Source of the DNA: a virus
Strand: one strand, 5' to 3'
IMG/VR virus record: IMGVR_UViG_3300008110_000034
Coordinates: 64,001-128,000 of that record
Length of the DNA stretch: 64,000 bases
The translations under genes and the position numbers were made by a program. Below the pieces are notes generated by a model that searched no databases, was not told the origin of the DNA, and saw only the letters and a program-made list of their open reading frames with translations. Of this stretch, positions 1 through 9,771 are shown piece by piece. The number at the start of each line of letters is the position of its first letter. Positions within the stretch are counted from its first letter, which is position 1.

Positions 1-1262
1 TCATCTTGTTCAAATAGATAACTAAATTGTTTTAAATAATCTTTATTTACTGCTTCTTGAAAATACAGAAATTCTTCTTTTAACTTATTATTTGCTCTTG
101 TACTAAAATCGTGATTGTCTAATAAATCAAAAACATTTTGAAAGTCTGATTTATAATCTAAATTACAATCGTTAATAACATTAATTAAAGATTGTTTTGA
201 CTTCATAATATATTTTTTTGGAAGAACATTAATAGACATTGATCGTGGCCAAGTGAGTATAATTGGTTTAATTACACATCTTTTATCTCCAAGTGTTTTT
301 TTCCACCAATAAATTAAATTATCTAAATATCTTACATTTAACCCGCTGACTACAGGTACTAAAGTAAGTTGGAAATTATCGTCTACATGTTTGACCGCTA
401 AGTTAACATTTTTTTCAATATTATTCCAATCTGAACTCGTTCTTAAATATTCATTCAATTCGCCATACGCATCAATACTTAAATTTAATTCTACACTTTT
501 AAAACTTTTAAGAAGATTTAATTGGTATTCGCTAAACTGAGACGTATTTGTATTACACCAGAATACAATGTTTGATGAGTAACCTTGCTCAACAAGAAAG
601 GTTATAAAGTTCCAAAGAGGTTTAATAATAAAAGGTTCGCCGCCTGTAACATACAGATGCTCTAACTTATTTGCAATGTCTTTAAGCCCTTCCCAAAAAG
701 TTTCACTTTTATCTAATTGTTCTTCTCCTGGATTATTAGACCACCATCGTTGATTTAACAACATTGTCTTTTTTTCTTCTCCCATTTTTTGCCCTATAGA
801 AGTAATTAAAGAAGACCAATCTGTAGAACACATAATGCAAGCATAGTTACAAGTTTTAGCTACTTGCAAATTATAATAGCTGGGTACTAACTTTGTATCA
901 AACTTTTCCCAATTAGAAAAATCTTCAGGTAATGAAGTATCATAATTTTGTTGAAAGACATTCCACTCTTCTAATCGTTTAGAAACTAATCCTTGTTTTT
1001 CTTTGATCCAACAAGATTCACATTCTGAAAGTTTTTCTCCATTTATCATCCGTTTTCTAGATTCGTTGTAGTATGAATTATTAAAAATTTCTATAATCTT
1101 TGTAGACTTACCGTCAACTTTTTCTATGTCAGGATTATACTTTGCTTCGCAACAAAATTTTATTTGTCCTTTAGTTTCTGTACTAAAATGATTGAATAAC
1201 AAAGGACACATTGTTGGATGTGTACCTGGAGAAAATCTATTTAAAAATTCTTCTCGATTCAT
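1..1262 (-). CDS. Radical SAM protein with N-terminal SPASM/twitch-like Cys cluster (runs off the window start; missing from the ORF track)
   Basis: Manual translation from the ATG at 1262 (ATGA overlap with the upstream stop) gives MNREEFLNRFSPGTHPTMCPLLFNHFSTETKGQIKFCCEAK...ECESCWIKE...YNLQVAKTCNYACIMCSTDWSS (CxxxCxxC at ~833-856)...HLYVTGGEPF. Confidence 0.9.
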   Translation of the reverse strand, partial: MNREEFLNRFSPGTHPTMCPLLFNHFSTETKGQIKFCCEAKYNPDIEKVDGKSTKIIEIFNNSYYNESRKRMINGEKLSECESCWIKEKQGLVSKRLEEWNVFQQNYDTSLPEDFSNWEKFDTKLVPSYYNLQVAKTCNYACIMCSTDWSSLITSIGQKMGEEKKTMLLNQRWWSNNPGEEQLDKSETFWEGLKDIANKLEHLYVTGGEPFIIKPLWNFITFLVEQGYSSNIVFWCNTNTSQFSEYQLNLLKSFKSVELNLSIDAYGELNEYLRTSSDWNNIEKNVNLAVKHVDDNFQLTLVPVVSGLNVRYLDNLIYWWKKTLGDKRCVIKPIILTWPRSMSINVLPKKYIMKSKQSLINVINDCNLDYKSDFQNVFDLLDNHDFSTRANNKLKEEFLYFQEAVNKDYLKQFSYLFEQD

Positions 1263-1630
1263 TGTGTTTCCTTATCCCAATACATTTTATTATTTTTTTG
1301 ATAAAAGTAATCTTTTTGCATTTCATATACATCATCGTAATCTACTCTATAATGAAATGCTTGACTTTTTAAGTATATTGCTATTCTAACATATGCAGCA
1401 GGTTTCGACTCTGGTCTAGGTCCCGAAGTTTTATATTGGATGTGCCAAACTGCATTATCAGTTTGTATTTGACATCCACCTTTTTTATTCCAAAATCCTA
1501 ATATTTTTTCAAAATCTTCCACCTTTAACATGTAAGTGTTTACTGTGTTAGAGCTGACAAGAATACTTAAACTAACTTCGTTAGTTTCTTTAAACAAATA
1601 AATTTTTAATGGCTTGGTAAATTCTAACAT
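1259..1630 (-). CDS. Hypothetical protein (123 aa)
   Basis: ORF overlaps both neighbours (translational coupling); no motif recognised. Confidence 0.7.
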   Translation of the reverse strand: MLEFTKPLKIYLFKETNEVSLSILVSSNTVNTYMLKVEDFEKILGFWNKKGGCQIQTDNAVWHIQYKTSGPRPESKPAAYVRIAIYLKSQAFHYRVDYDDVYEMQKDYFYQKNNKMYWDKETQ

Positions 1631-1854
1631 TAATTATCCAAAACTAATTTAACATCTTTTCCTGGACCAACATGACTTGGTAATCCACCATACTCGTTGA
1701 TATACCATTCAATTACAGCCTTATACCAATTTTGGCTATCGTGATGAGCCTGCTGGTTAAATTTAAAAATATTATTGTTGGTAGCTTCTATAGCTACTAG
1801 AGCTCTTGCAGATTCTTTTTGAAGAGTTCTTAAATCAAAATCATTTATATCCAA
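1630..1854 (-). CDS. Hypothetical protein (74 aa)
   Basis: Short ORF coupled to both neighbours; no motif recognised. Confidence 0.7.
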   Translation of the reverse strand: MDINDFDLRTLQKESARALVAIEATNNNIFKFNQQAHHDSQNWYKAVIEWYINEYGGLPSHVGPGKDVKLVLDN

Positions 1855-2950
1855 TTCTCAAAAATCTCCTATATTTTGGTAATTCTAATTCACCTTCGTA
1901 CAGACAATCTCTCATCGGAGTTTTGTCTGTAAAGTCAATCAAAGAACTAGAACAGTTTACGTGATCTTCAATGTCAAAATAATCGTTAGTTTGCAAAATC
2001 ACTAGTGTCCCATCTGGTATACTTTCGTACCATTGATTAAAATTTCCTATATGTTCACAACTAGTATTAATTATCGTATTAGGAATATCTACTAAAGTTA
2101 CTGTTGTTCCGTCTGGCTTAAAAACATCGTAAGTTGTCTTATTATAATTTAAGCTTAAAATGTCAGCAATTCCAGCTTTAAATTTCCACGAATCCATTTC
2201 CCACGGTTTATTAAATCTTTCTGCTATTTTAACACAACTAGGATCAATATCAAAACTTCTAACTTTGTTAATTTTTAAATTGCTTTCGAACATCATTACA
2301 GCAAGAGTACCGTACCAGCCTGCACATAAAAATACCGTTCCTAAATCTAAATCAAGTTTCTTTAGCTCATGTATTAACCACATTTTGCTAGCTAGTTGTC
2401 CTCGAGAAAAACAATCGTCATCATAATTTACTTGTTCAATATAAAAACTTTTAAATGCTGAAACAAACTGTGTTTCTAATTCGTTAGATAAAATCTTCCA
2501 AAGACTCCAAACGTTGTCTTCTAGTACTAATTTTCTTAATTCTTCATTATTACAAATCCTAAAAATACTATATAAATTTTCTTCAACAACTGCCTTTCTT
2601 AATTCTTCATTTTCTACTAATCTAAAAATACTGTGTAAATTTTTTTCAGTTACAGCTTTTCTTAATTCTTCAATTCCATCGTTTTCTAAATTAGGAATAA
2701 CTCTAAAAATACTATACATATTTTCTTCAATGACTGCTTTTCTTATATCCTCAGTATATTCATTCTCATCAAAAAGTCTAAAAATACTGTGTAGATTTTT
2801 CTCCATTACAGCTTTTCTTAATTCTTCATTATCTAATAATCTAAAAATACTAGAAAAGTCTTTATCAGTATAAGACCTGCGTAAATCAGATATTCGTTCA
2901 TTAGTATTGAATAACAGTTCAAATCTATCCAACAAATCTTTAATTTCCAT
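1841..2950 (-). CDS. Class I SAM-dependent methyltransferase-like protein with an N-terminal helical repeat array
   Basis: C-terminal half has a motif-I-like VFLCAGWYG, an acidic motif SFDID and IINTSCEH. N-terminal half has repeated (E)ELRKAVxE(K/E)NL(H/Y)SIFR units. ATG at 2950. Confidence 0.7.
   Translation of the reverse strand: MEIKDLLDRFELLFNTNERISDLRRSYTDKDFSSIFRLLDNEELRKAVMEKNLHSIFRLFDENEYTEDIRKAVIEENMYSIFRVIPNLENDGIEELRKAVTEKNLHSIFRLVENEELRKAVVEENLYSIFRICNNEELRKLVLEDNVWSLWKILSNELETQFVSAFKSFYIEQVNYDDDCFSRGQLASKMWLIHELKKLDLDLGTVFLCAGWYGTLAVMMFESNLKINKVRSFDIDPSCVKIAERFNKPWEMDSWKFKAGIADILSLNYNKTTYDVFKPDGTTVTLVDIPNTIINTSCEHIGNFNQWYESIPDGTLVILQTNDYFDIEDHVNCSSSLIDFTDKTPMRDCLYEGELELPKYRRFLRIGYK
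2500..2860 (-). repeat. Intragenic tandem repeat (~63-bp / 21-aa core unit, 5-6 copies)
   Basis: The 23-nt sequence TTACAGCTTTTCTTAATTCTTCA occurs at 2650-2672 and 2806-2828. TTTCTTAATTCTTCATT also occurs near 2532 and 2595. Confidence 0.9.
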
Positions 2951-3620
2951 CAAATTTTTCCTTTAACCATATAAAGTCGTTTATTTTTTTTAAGGCATCA
3001 ACGTTGCCTTTGTTTTCAGTTCCGTAGTTAGTACCCTCATGCGCACCGCGAATTGCATATTCTCCATAAGGCTTATCAGATCCTACTGATCTCCAAACAT
3101 TTAATCTTTCCTCAGTCTCATTAGATTTTTGCCTATCAATTACTTTACTACTTAATTTTACACACTCTCTAAATGCACTTTTCCATGTATTAAACGGATC
3201 AGTATTAAAAACAGTAATATTACTAACCTGGGAAACTGGAACAAAATGTCTACTAATACTAGTTGTCATATCAGGTTTAGAAACATCCATATTTAAAGTT
3301 AGTTTTCTTGGGAGAAGTTTGATTCCTCCGTATCCGTACACTAGTCCGTTAACTGGATTTAGACTTCTCCAGACGTGAACATGTTCTAGATACTGATTAG
3401 AAACATTATAATCAAAATTAAAATCTTCTAACACTTTTGCATCACCATCAACAACCCAAAACATCTTAGTTAAACATTTCTGTGCTGCGGCAATGTGTGC
3501 TTGATGTATTCCTTTAACTCCGTGTACACGTTTTGTCATTGGAAAGTTGTTTAGTAAATTTTTGTAATTTTCCTCAGCATTAGGTTCTTGGTAGCTGATA
3601 AACACAATGTCATACATCAT
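2940..3620 (-). CDS. GT-A-fold glycosyltransferase-like protein
   Basis: DIVFISYQEPNAEENY...VHGVKGIHQAH...FWVVDGDA (DxD-type motif), YGYGGIKL; paralog of the next gene. Confidence 0.65.
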   Translation of the reverse strand: MMYDIVFISYQEPNAEENYKNLLNNFPMTKRVHGVKGIHQAHIAAAQKCLTKMFWVVDGDAKVLEDFNFDYNVSNQYLEHVHVWRSLNPVNGLVYGYGGIKLLPRKLTLNMDVSKPDMTTSISRHFVPVSQVSNITVFNTDPFNTWKSAFRECVKLSSKVIDRQKSNETEERLNVWRSVGSDKPYGEYAIRGAHEGTNYGTENKGNVDALKKINDFIWLKEKFDGN

Positions 3621-4546
3621 CGTTTAACAACTCTAGCACCAGTAGTTACTCTAGAAGGGTTAGTAAACACTTCTTTAAAAAATTTACTCTGTATTGGATC
3701 AAGCGGACTACTCACAGGAATATCTAATTCGCTTTTAAGTTTTTCTCCTAAAATTTCTACTTCATCTTTCATACGATCTTCAGTCAGTGTTGCATTTTGA
3801 TCTTCCCAAAATTGATTTAACCATTTAAAATCTCTAACATTTACATAATCCCAATCAGTACAATTTGTCATATAACATCCTTGTCTTGCCCCGAACATTG
3901 CCCAGTAACCGTTTTCTACATCTGATCCAACATTTAACCAGGCTAACAATCTATGATAATTCTTTTTATGTACACTGTGAATAAATTTTTTAGTATTTTC
4001 TAGTTTAACTCCTTGTGTCAAACTCATTTTGACACCTTCACGGAATCCGGCCCGCCATGCTTGCCAAGGTGTAGCATTATTATACACCCAACTCATGCAT
4101 TCGTCTAATGTTATGTAATTAATATCCCAACAAAAATCAACTTGGCTTTGAGGATTATTAGCGTCAGCGTTTTCATGAGTTTTCATGTTCAACACGAACT
4201 CTCTGGGCCAACTTTTGATCCCACCGTTTCCATACATTAATCCGTTTACTACATTTAATGCACACCAAGACACTACACTTCGATTATATAACTCTTCTGA
4301 ATCAATTTCAATTGTTTGTTCAAAAAATTTAGGATTTACTATGTTATCTCCATCAATTATAACGATTCTTTCGGTGTCTGCTAATTTTGCACAGGCCTTG
4401 TGCGCTGAATCAGATCCTTCAACACCGTGTACACGCTTTGCCCACGGGCATTTAGTTAGCAAATCTGCATAATTTTTTTCAGCGTTTGGCTCGTCATAGC
4501 TCAAATATATCACATCGCAATCAATAATGTTAAAAGTTTTAGTCAT
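3617..4546 (-). CDS. GT-A-fold glycosyltransferase-like protein (paralog of 2940..3620)
   Basis: DVIYLSYDEPNAEKNY...VHGVEGSDSAH...IVIIDGDN, YGNGGIKSW, WRAGFREGVK. Confidence 0.65.
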   Translation of the reverse strand: MTKTFNIIDCDVIYLSYDEPNAEKNYADLLTKCPWAKRVHGVEGSDSAHKACAKLADTERIVIIDGDNIVNPKFFEQTIEIDSEELYNRSVVSWCALNVVNGLMYGNGGIKSWPREFVLNMKTHENADANNPQSQVDFCWDINYITLDECMSWVYNNATPWQAWRAGFREGVKMSLTQGVKLENTKKFIHSVHKKNYHRLLAWLNVGSDVENGYWAMFGARQGCYMTNCTDWDYVNVRDFKWLNQFWEDQNATLTEDRMKDEVEILGEKLKSELDIPVSSPLDPIQSKFFKEVFTNPSRVTTGARVVKR

Positions 4547-5094
4547 AATAATCCATATGTTTTAAAATACTGTTCTGTTACCATTGAAAACTTTGTTAAA
4601 TCGTTTTCGTTTTCGTAAGCATACGGAACTTCGATAAAGTCATTTTCAACTAAATCATATAATTGAAATCTTATTGTTCTAATTAAAAAGTGTATGTCTT
4701 GTTTTTTACAAATATAGAAATTTATATTCCTATTTTGATCTCTTAATATTCTTTTTTTAACTGTAGGCGAAAGTCTAAATCTCCAACAATTGGACATTCT
4801 TTGAATCAAGCACTCTTCACGTGAATCAATCATTGGTCTAATAATGTGAATATAACTGTGTACTGTAGGAGGTATAGATTTTTCAACTTCTTTAATTTCA
4901 TAACTACCGTCATCGGCAAAAGTTATCATACAATTACCAATTTGAAATCCACTACTTGAAAATTTTTGCTGTTCGTCAAAGTCTAAAGCTATAAATTTTT
5001 TAGATTCTTCTAATTCAGGACTTATAGATTCTATAACTCCGCTATCATTAAAATATAAAAATATGTCTGTTGGATTATATTTTTTCTTCGGCAT
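4543..5094 (-). CDS. Hypothetical protein (183 aa)
   Basis: ORF overlaps both neighbours. Confidence 0.7.
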   Translation of the reverse strand: MPKKKYNPTDIFLYFNDSGVIESISPELEESKKFIALDFDEQQKFSSSGFQIGNCMITFADDGSYEIKEVEKSIPPTVHSYIHIIRPMIDSREECLIQRMSNCWRFRLSPTVKKRILRDQNRNINFYICKKQDIHFLIRTIRFQLYDLVENDFIEVPYAYENENDLTKFSMVTEQYFKTYGLL

Positions 5095-5929
5095 TTTTCT
5101 TTAATTTATTTTCAAGTTTTTGAATAATCTCATGTGTTAAAAACTCATCTTCTACATAATGGAATACACCGTTTTGCAAAATATTTCCTATTTTTAATTC
5201 GCATTGATCAGTAAACACACTACTTACAGTATCATACCAAGAAAAGGGCAACAATGACCAATCTTGTAATGCTGGTTTCATATGTGTAAAGGTTGGGATT
5301 GACAGAGTTTTTAGTGTACATTGTTCCTCAACATCTAAAATTTTTAAAATCAATGCCGACGAAACATCCATACTAGCCCAAGTTTGTTGAGTGCTAGGAC
5401 AAAATTTTTGATAAAAGGTCTGATAATTTTTTGTTAAAATTTCTAACCATTTATAAAATTCAAAAGAACTTTCATTTTTTTTGAAATAATGTAATCCAAA
5501 ATATGTATTTGGTAATTTATTTTCTTCAAAAGATTGTCTATAATAATTAGAAGTAATTTTATTACCTCGATAATTAAACACGTTGCTAGATAACACTACA
5601 TCTTTATTTTTTAAAACATTCCACCAATGATCATTAGAATTCAACAATAGCATATCGCTGTCATAAACTAAATTTTCTTTAAACGGTGTTACATAAATTA
5701 TTTTCCATCTATTTTCAATTTTCCAAACACTGTCTTTAGCTTCATCATTCCACGGAATTTCGACTATATAATCAAATACTTTTTTATAGTGCTCGGGTAC
5801 TTTGTCATTAGTAATAACACAAACTTGATTTATTTTATTATGTAATTTTATACTTAATGCAAGTGCGTATGCCTGTCTAAGATAGTTTACATCAGAATTT
5901 TGAGCAAAAATAACATGACCTTTAGACAT
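5075..5929 (-). CDS. Nucleotide-diphospho-sugar transferase (GT8-like) protein
   Basis: KGHVIFAQN...YLRQAYALALSIK, TPFKENLVYDSDML (DxD), FTHMK. Confidence 0.7.
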   Translation of the reverse strand: MSKGHVIFAQNSDVNYLRQAYALALSIKLHNKINQVCVITNDKVPEHYKKVFDYIVEIPWNDEAKDSVWKIENRWKIIYVTPFKENLVYDSDMLLLNSNDHWWNVLKNKDVVLSSNVFNYRGNKITSNYYRQSFEENKLPNTYFGLHYFKKNESSFEFYKWLEILTKNYQTFYQKFCPSTQQTWASMDVSSALILKILDVEEQCTLKTLSIPTFTHMKPALQDWSLLPFSWYDTVSSVFTDQCELKIGNILQNGVFHYVEDEFLTHEIIQKLENKLKKNAEEKI

Positions 5930-6755
5930 ATAATTCCTTATTGTCCATTAATCGTAGTAAACTAAGTTTATTCATAACATGCACATCCATACCTTCAGTC
6001 TTGGACACAATGTATTCATTAGCAGACGAGGGATGTTCTAATAAAAATGTCATTTTATTATCTTCAAATGATAAGATATGATCTTTATCTAATACATATG
6101 CTATTTTGGCTGGAAATATTTCTATAAAATTTTCTTTAGAAAACCCATTAAACATATGTATCGCAATACTATACGCGATGTCATTTCGATAATTTGAACT
6201 TAATGTTTGATACATCATCACATAATAGCTCCAATTATCTTTAATATATTCAACTAAATTAAAAAATAATTGATTCTTTTCAGTTTTTCTAAAATAAAAA
6301 ACAGTGGCCCAATAAAAATCAATGCTATATTCACTAATGTGATTAAATTCTTTGATATTTCTCCAACTAGCTAGATCAAAACTATCTTTAAAAATTAAAA
6401 AATCGCTAGTCTTACCCCAGCAACAATTTAAAAAATCAGAGTTAATTATATAATCGCAGTCAATTACTAAAGTTTCATCGTAAGGACTTAGGTCATAACA
6501 GGTGTGTCTAGAAAGATTATTCCACTCATCGACAAAGTTTTTTAAAGACCCGTCATGAAATAATCTTTTTTGACCCAATTCTTTCGCTAAAAGAATAACA
6601 TTGTCAAATAAATTTTCTTTATCAACTTGTACATCAGTAACTAATGTAACAGGTACCTTTAAAAATTGTGCGACTCTACTAGCAGCCAGCTTGGCTAATT
6701 TAACATAATCAATAGTTTCGTTATTGAAGGCAAAGATTAAGACACCCTTAGTCAT
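5922..6755 (-). CDS. Nucleotide-diphospho-sugar transferase (GT8-like) protein, paralog of 5075..5929
   Basis: KGVLIFAFNNETIDYVKLA, SPYDETLVIDCDYII (DxD), YRNDIAYSIA. Confidence 0.7.
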   Translation of the reverse strand: MTKGVLIFAFNNETIDYVKLAKLAASRVAQFLKVPVTLVTDVQVDKENLFDNVILLAKELGQKRLFHDGSLKNFVDEWNNLSRHTCYDLSPYDETLVIDCDYIINSDFLNCCWGKTSDFLIFKDSFDLASWRNIKEFNHISEYSIDFYWATVFYFRKTEKNQLFFNLVEYIKDNWSYYVMMYQTLSSNYRNDIAYSIAIHMFNGFSKENFIEIFPAKIAYVLDKDHILSFEDNKMTFLLEHPSSANEYIVSKTEGMDVHVMNKLSLLRLMDNKELYV

Positions 6756-7102
6756 AATTGAACTAAACTCTCAACCTTTCTAGAAAGTTTTAATTGTTGA
6801 TATTTGGTTTGATAACTGTTAACTGCCATAAAGTACTGATTTAGAATATCTTCTAAAAACACATTAAGATTTTTGATCTTGATGGGAAGGTCGTTATCAT
6901 CTATAAGCACCACATCTGTATCTTGTTTCAAGTCTATAAGAGTTTTTACAAAAGTTATTAGATCTTTTGATACTTGGAACGTGTGCCCTTGGAAAAAATA
7001 AACTAGATTTTGTTTGAATTCTTGCTTTAAAATTGACTTTTGATTAGCTAAAGTTGTCATATAATTGGCAACTTCATACGCTTTTTGAACTTTGTCGTCC
7101 AT
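6752..7102 (-). CDS. Hypothetical protein (likely start MDDKVQ at 7102)
   Basis: GGAG ribosome-binding site at 7108-7111 precedes the ATG at 7102. The longer ORF-track start lies inside a hairpin. Confidence 0.7.
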   Translation of the reverse strand: MDDKVQKAYEVANYMTTLANQKSILKQEFKQNLVYFFQGHTFQVSKDLITFVKTLIDLKQDTDVVLIDDNDLPIKIKNLNVFLEDILNQYFMAVNSYQTKYQQLKLSRKVESLVQL

Positions 7103-7111
7103 TTTTACTCC

Positions 7112-7157
7112 AAAAAAATAACTATACTGCCTAAGCAAGTATAGTTATCTTTTTTTT
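7112..7157. terminator. Bidirectional hairpin terminator or attenuator candidate
   Basis: Perfect 11-bp inverted repeat ATAACTATACT (7118-7128) / AGTATAGTTAT (7138-7148), flanked by an A tract and a T tract. Confidence 0.6.
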
Positions 7158-7179
7158 AAGCCTTAATCTAAAGTCTTGA

Positions 7180-8235
7180 TTAAGTCATTGTGGATGTAAC
7201 TGTTGGAGCGACAATTGTAACACTGTTAGTTCCGGAAGTTTGAATAGTTCCAACCGGTCTTAATAAAGCACAGTTACTAGCAAATGTTCCGTCAACTTGT
7301 TCATCGTTAGGGCCACCGCCGCCAACTGAAGCATCATTATAAGTGATGATGAATGTCATTCCCGAGTTGTCTGCTGTTTTTTGAGCTGTCATAGTAACAG
7401 AAGCAGTATTGTACGGAGTGTTAGTCGCACCAGTTACAACTGAACCAGCAATAGTAAAGAATGTCTGTGGGCTAGTTGTTAATGTTCTATAATTAACACT
7501 AGTAGTAACTGTACCGCTATACAAACCAGCAGTAGAAACAGTAACAGTATCTCCTCTAAACTCAATTGTTCCAAAATTAAGCAATGCTGTCCAGTAGGTG
7601 TTTTTATTGTTAACTGATCCACCGGTACGACTTGCGCTAAATCTAAAACTTCCGCCTGCATTAAAGAAATGTCTTAGATTAGCAGCGGAGTTAGCTGTTG
7701 TTGACCCTTGATTACCGCTTGCTGGATTAGCAGTACTGCCAGTAACAGTAATAGTATGAACTCTAGTACCATTAAAAGTAGCAGTAGTTGAATTTGAACC
7801 AGCCGCATTTGCTAATGTTGTTAGCGAAAACTGAGCTGGGATCGTTACTGTGTTGTTGATAACTGAAACTATTAAATTAGCCTCAGCTGGTCTAACTAGT
7901 TTGTCTGTTGCAATTTGTCCGGACATGTTGGTATATTGTACTCTAAGCGCATCAGAAATAACAGATGTACTTGTTGGAACAATAAGTTGATTATAGGAAC
8001 CAGCTGGACTACCAGTTGCTCCGGAGCCGTTAGTAATACCCACTCCCTGGTGATTTCTGATTCTTATCAAATCGTTTCGTAGATTTGTAAACTGACTCAA
8101 TCTAATAGTTGATCCTGCCACAACTTGAGAAGAAGCTACTGATTGTCCATAACCAGAATTCCCGCTACCGGTGCCTAAAATAGATGCAACTGAAGATTGA
8201 ATAGCATTATATTGTGCTGCTGTAATTTTTGCCAT
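7180..8235 (-). CDS. Virion structural / tail-fibre-associated protein (Ser/Thr/Gly-rich)
   Basis: Composition and position at the end of the fibre operon. Confidence 0.6.
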   Translation of the reverse strand: MAKITAAQYNAIQSSVASILGTGSGNSGYGQSVASSQVVAGSTIRLSQFTNLRNDLIRIRNHQGVGITNGSGATGSPAGSYNQLIVPTSTSVISDALRVQYTNMSGQIATDKLVRPAEANLIVSVINNTVTIPAQFSLTTLANAAGSNSTTATFNGTRVHTITVTGSTANPASGNQGSTTANSAANLRHFFNAGGSFRFSASRTGGSVNNKNTYWTALLNFGTIEFRGDTVTVSTAGLYSGTVTTSVNYRTLTTSPQTFFTIAGSVVTGATNTPYNTASVTMTAQKTADNSGMTFIITYNDASVGGGGPNDEQVDGTFASNCALLRPVGTIQTSGTNSVTIVAPTVTSTMT

Positions 8236-8247
8236 TTTTTCAATTCC

Positions 8248-9741
8248 TTATAAAATAACTGCTTCGACTAATTTGACACCAGAATCATTGTTTGATTCTA
8301 GGGCAATAGCGAAAATATTAAAAATTCCCTTGCTAATAGTGTTACCTACCGCAACTCTTTCGGCACAACCATCGTTGGCCGCAATTAATCGGTCACCTTT
8401 GTTTACTGGACCAACCACTTTTACTGGCACTCTTCCTTTTAAAGCAATGTATGTGCCGCCTTCTAGTGTACTGTTCATCATATAAGCAGGGTTTCCACTT
8501 ACTACACCTAGTGCTCTGTCACCACTTTGTGATGCAGTCACTTCAGCGTCACCGCCTACAGTAACTACGGTTCCTACAATGTAGTCACTGTCAGCTAGAT
8601 ATTTTTCTGCTAAGTCAGCAAATTGTGCTTGTAAAGCAATACCTGTAAAATATTCGCCTTTGATTGAGCCTGGAGGTATAGTAGTACCATCTATTACTTC
8701 TGAAGTATCGGTTCTACAAACAATCGTTCCGGAAGTGCCGGTAATATCAGCTGCTGCATAACTGCCGCCGGCTTCTCTTAAAGTATTAGATTGTGTAGCA
8801 GTACCATTAAATTGTGTAGCATATACTACAGCATACTTTGCTCCAGGGTCACCAATATCGTACGTATTTCCAACATCGGGCATAATTTTAGTTGGAAATA
8901 TCTGCATAAGTTTTGCATTACCTACACCTAATGTTAAACTTGAGCCAGTAGCTCTTACTGTAGGATCCGACCCTTGCATTAAACATTCAAGTTTAGGAGT
9001 CGAAGTTCCTACAGTAAAACCAGAATTAGAAAATGATGCTACGCTAGTAAACGCTGCATTTACACCGGATTTAGTAACATAATCTGAAGATGGGATTCCA
9101 CCTAACTGATCAGCATCAGATGCTACTCCGTGATACTTATATCCTGCATCGGCACTTAGCGTGAGTCCTGTTTTGATTTCAGTAAAGTATTCTAATTCAG
9201 TAGGTTTATCTGGTTCCGATAATACAAAATCGGCCGAAGAACTTACTGTAAATACTCCAATATCTTCTACGATACCTGCAATAATATATCTTAGAGTATT
9301 GTCATCTGCTGTAACTTCAAGTGCCTTCATTTGAATAGTGCCTTGTCCGGCAATACCCTGTGGCCCAATTAGAACTTTTTCTGTTCCGTTCCAAACATAT
9401 AACAAGTCGTTGTCTGTATCAAACCAAAAATCGCCTGCTACTAATCCCGATGGTTCTTGACCACTAGCAATAGAGCCGCCAGCGACTTTAAATCGTGTAC
9501 CGTCAAAGTAATTAAGTTTTTTAGTGCTAGAATTATACCAAAGTTGTCCGGCAATTTTTCGAGGTGGCTCAGTTCCGCCTGCAAAATTTTCTAGCAAATG
9601 TACAAAGTTTTCATTCTGCACTTCTCCGTATCCGGCATAGTTTTTTCCAACTAACTTGATATCTAAAGTGCTATCAACAGTGCCATCTTCTACGATTATT
9701 GGATCGAAAGCGCCACTGTATCTATCAATTGTGTACGGCAT
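8248..9741 (-). CDS. Tail fibre/spike with C-terminal intramolecular-chaperone (peptidase G2-like) domain
   Basis: N-terminal domain shared with the two upstream fibre genes; C-terminus FADLAEKY...GVVSGNPAYMMN...IALKGRVPVKVVGPVNKGDRLI. Confidence 0.7.
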   Translation of the reverse strand: MPYTIDRYSGAFDPIIVEDGTVDSTLDIKLVGKNYAGYGEVQNENFVHLLENFAGGTEPPRKIAGQLWYNSSTKKLNYFDGTRFKVAGGSIASGQEPSGLVAGDFWFDTDNDLLYVWNGTEKVLIGPQGIAGQGTIQMKALEVTADDNTLRYIIAGIVEDIGVFTVSSSADFVLSEPDKPTELEYFTEIKTGLTLSADAGYKYHGVASDADQLGGIPSSDYVTKSGVNAAFTSVASFSNSGFTVGTSTPKLECLMQGSDPTVRATGSSLTLGVGNAKLMQIFPTKIMPDVGNTYDIGDPGAKYAVVYATQFNGTATQSNTLREAGGSYAAADITGTSGTIVCRTDTSEVIDGTTIPPGSIKGEYFTGIALQAQFADLAEKYLADSDYIVGTVVTVGGDAEVTASQSGDRALGVVSGNPAYMMNSTLEGGTYIALKGRVPVKVVGPVNKGDRLIAANDGCAERVAVGNTISKGIFNIFAIALESNNDSGVKLVEAVIL

Positions 9742-9762
9742 TAATTACCCCTTTATTCAAAA

Positions 9763-9770
9763 TATTTATC
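9763..9770 (-). promoter_or_regulatory. T4-like late promoter (GATAAATA)
   Basis: Variant of the gp55-dependent TATAAATA box, ~22 nt upstream of the ATG at 9741. Confidence 0.6.
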
Positions 9771-9771
9771 A

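Noticed and set aside
2500-2860. Regularly spaced repeats resembling a CRISPR array
   Set aside because: The repeats are in frame inside a coding gene, vary at synonymous positions and have no unique spacers; no cas genes are present.
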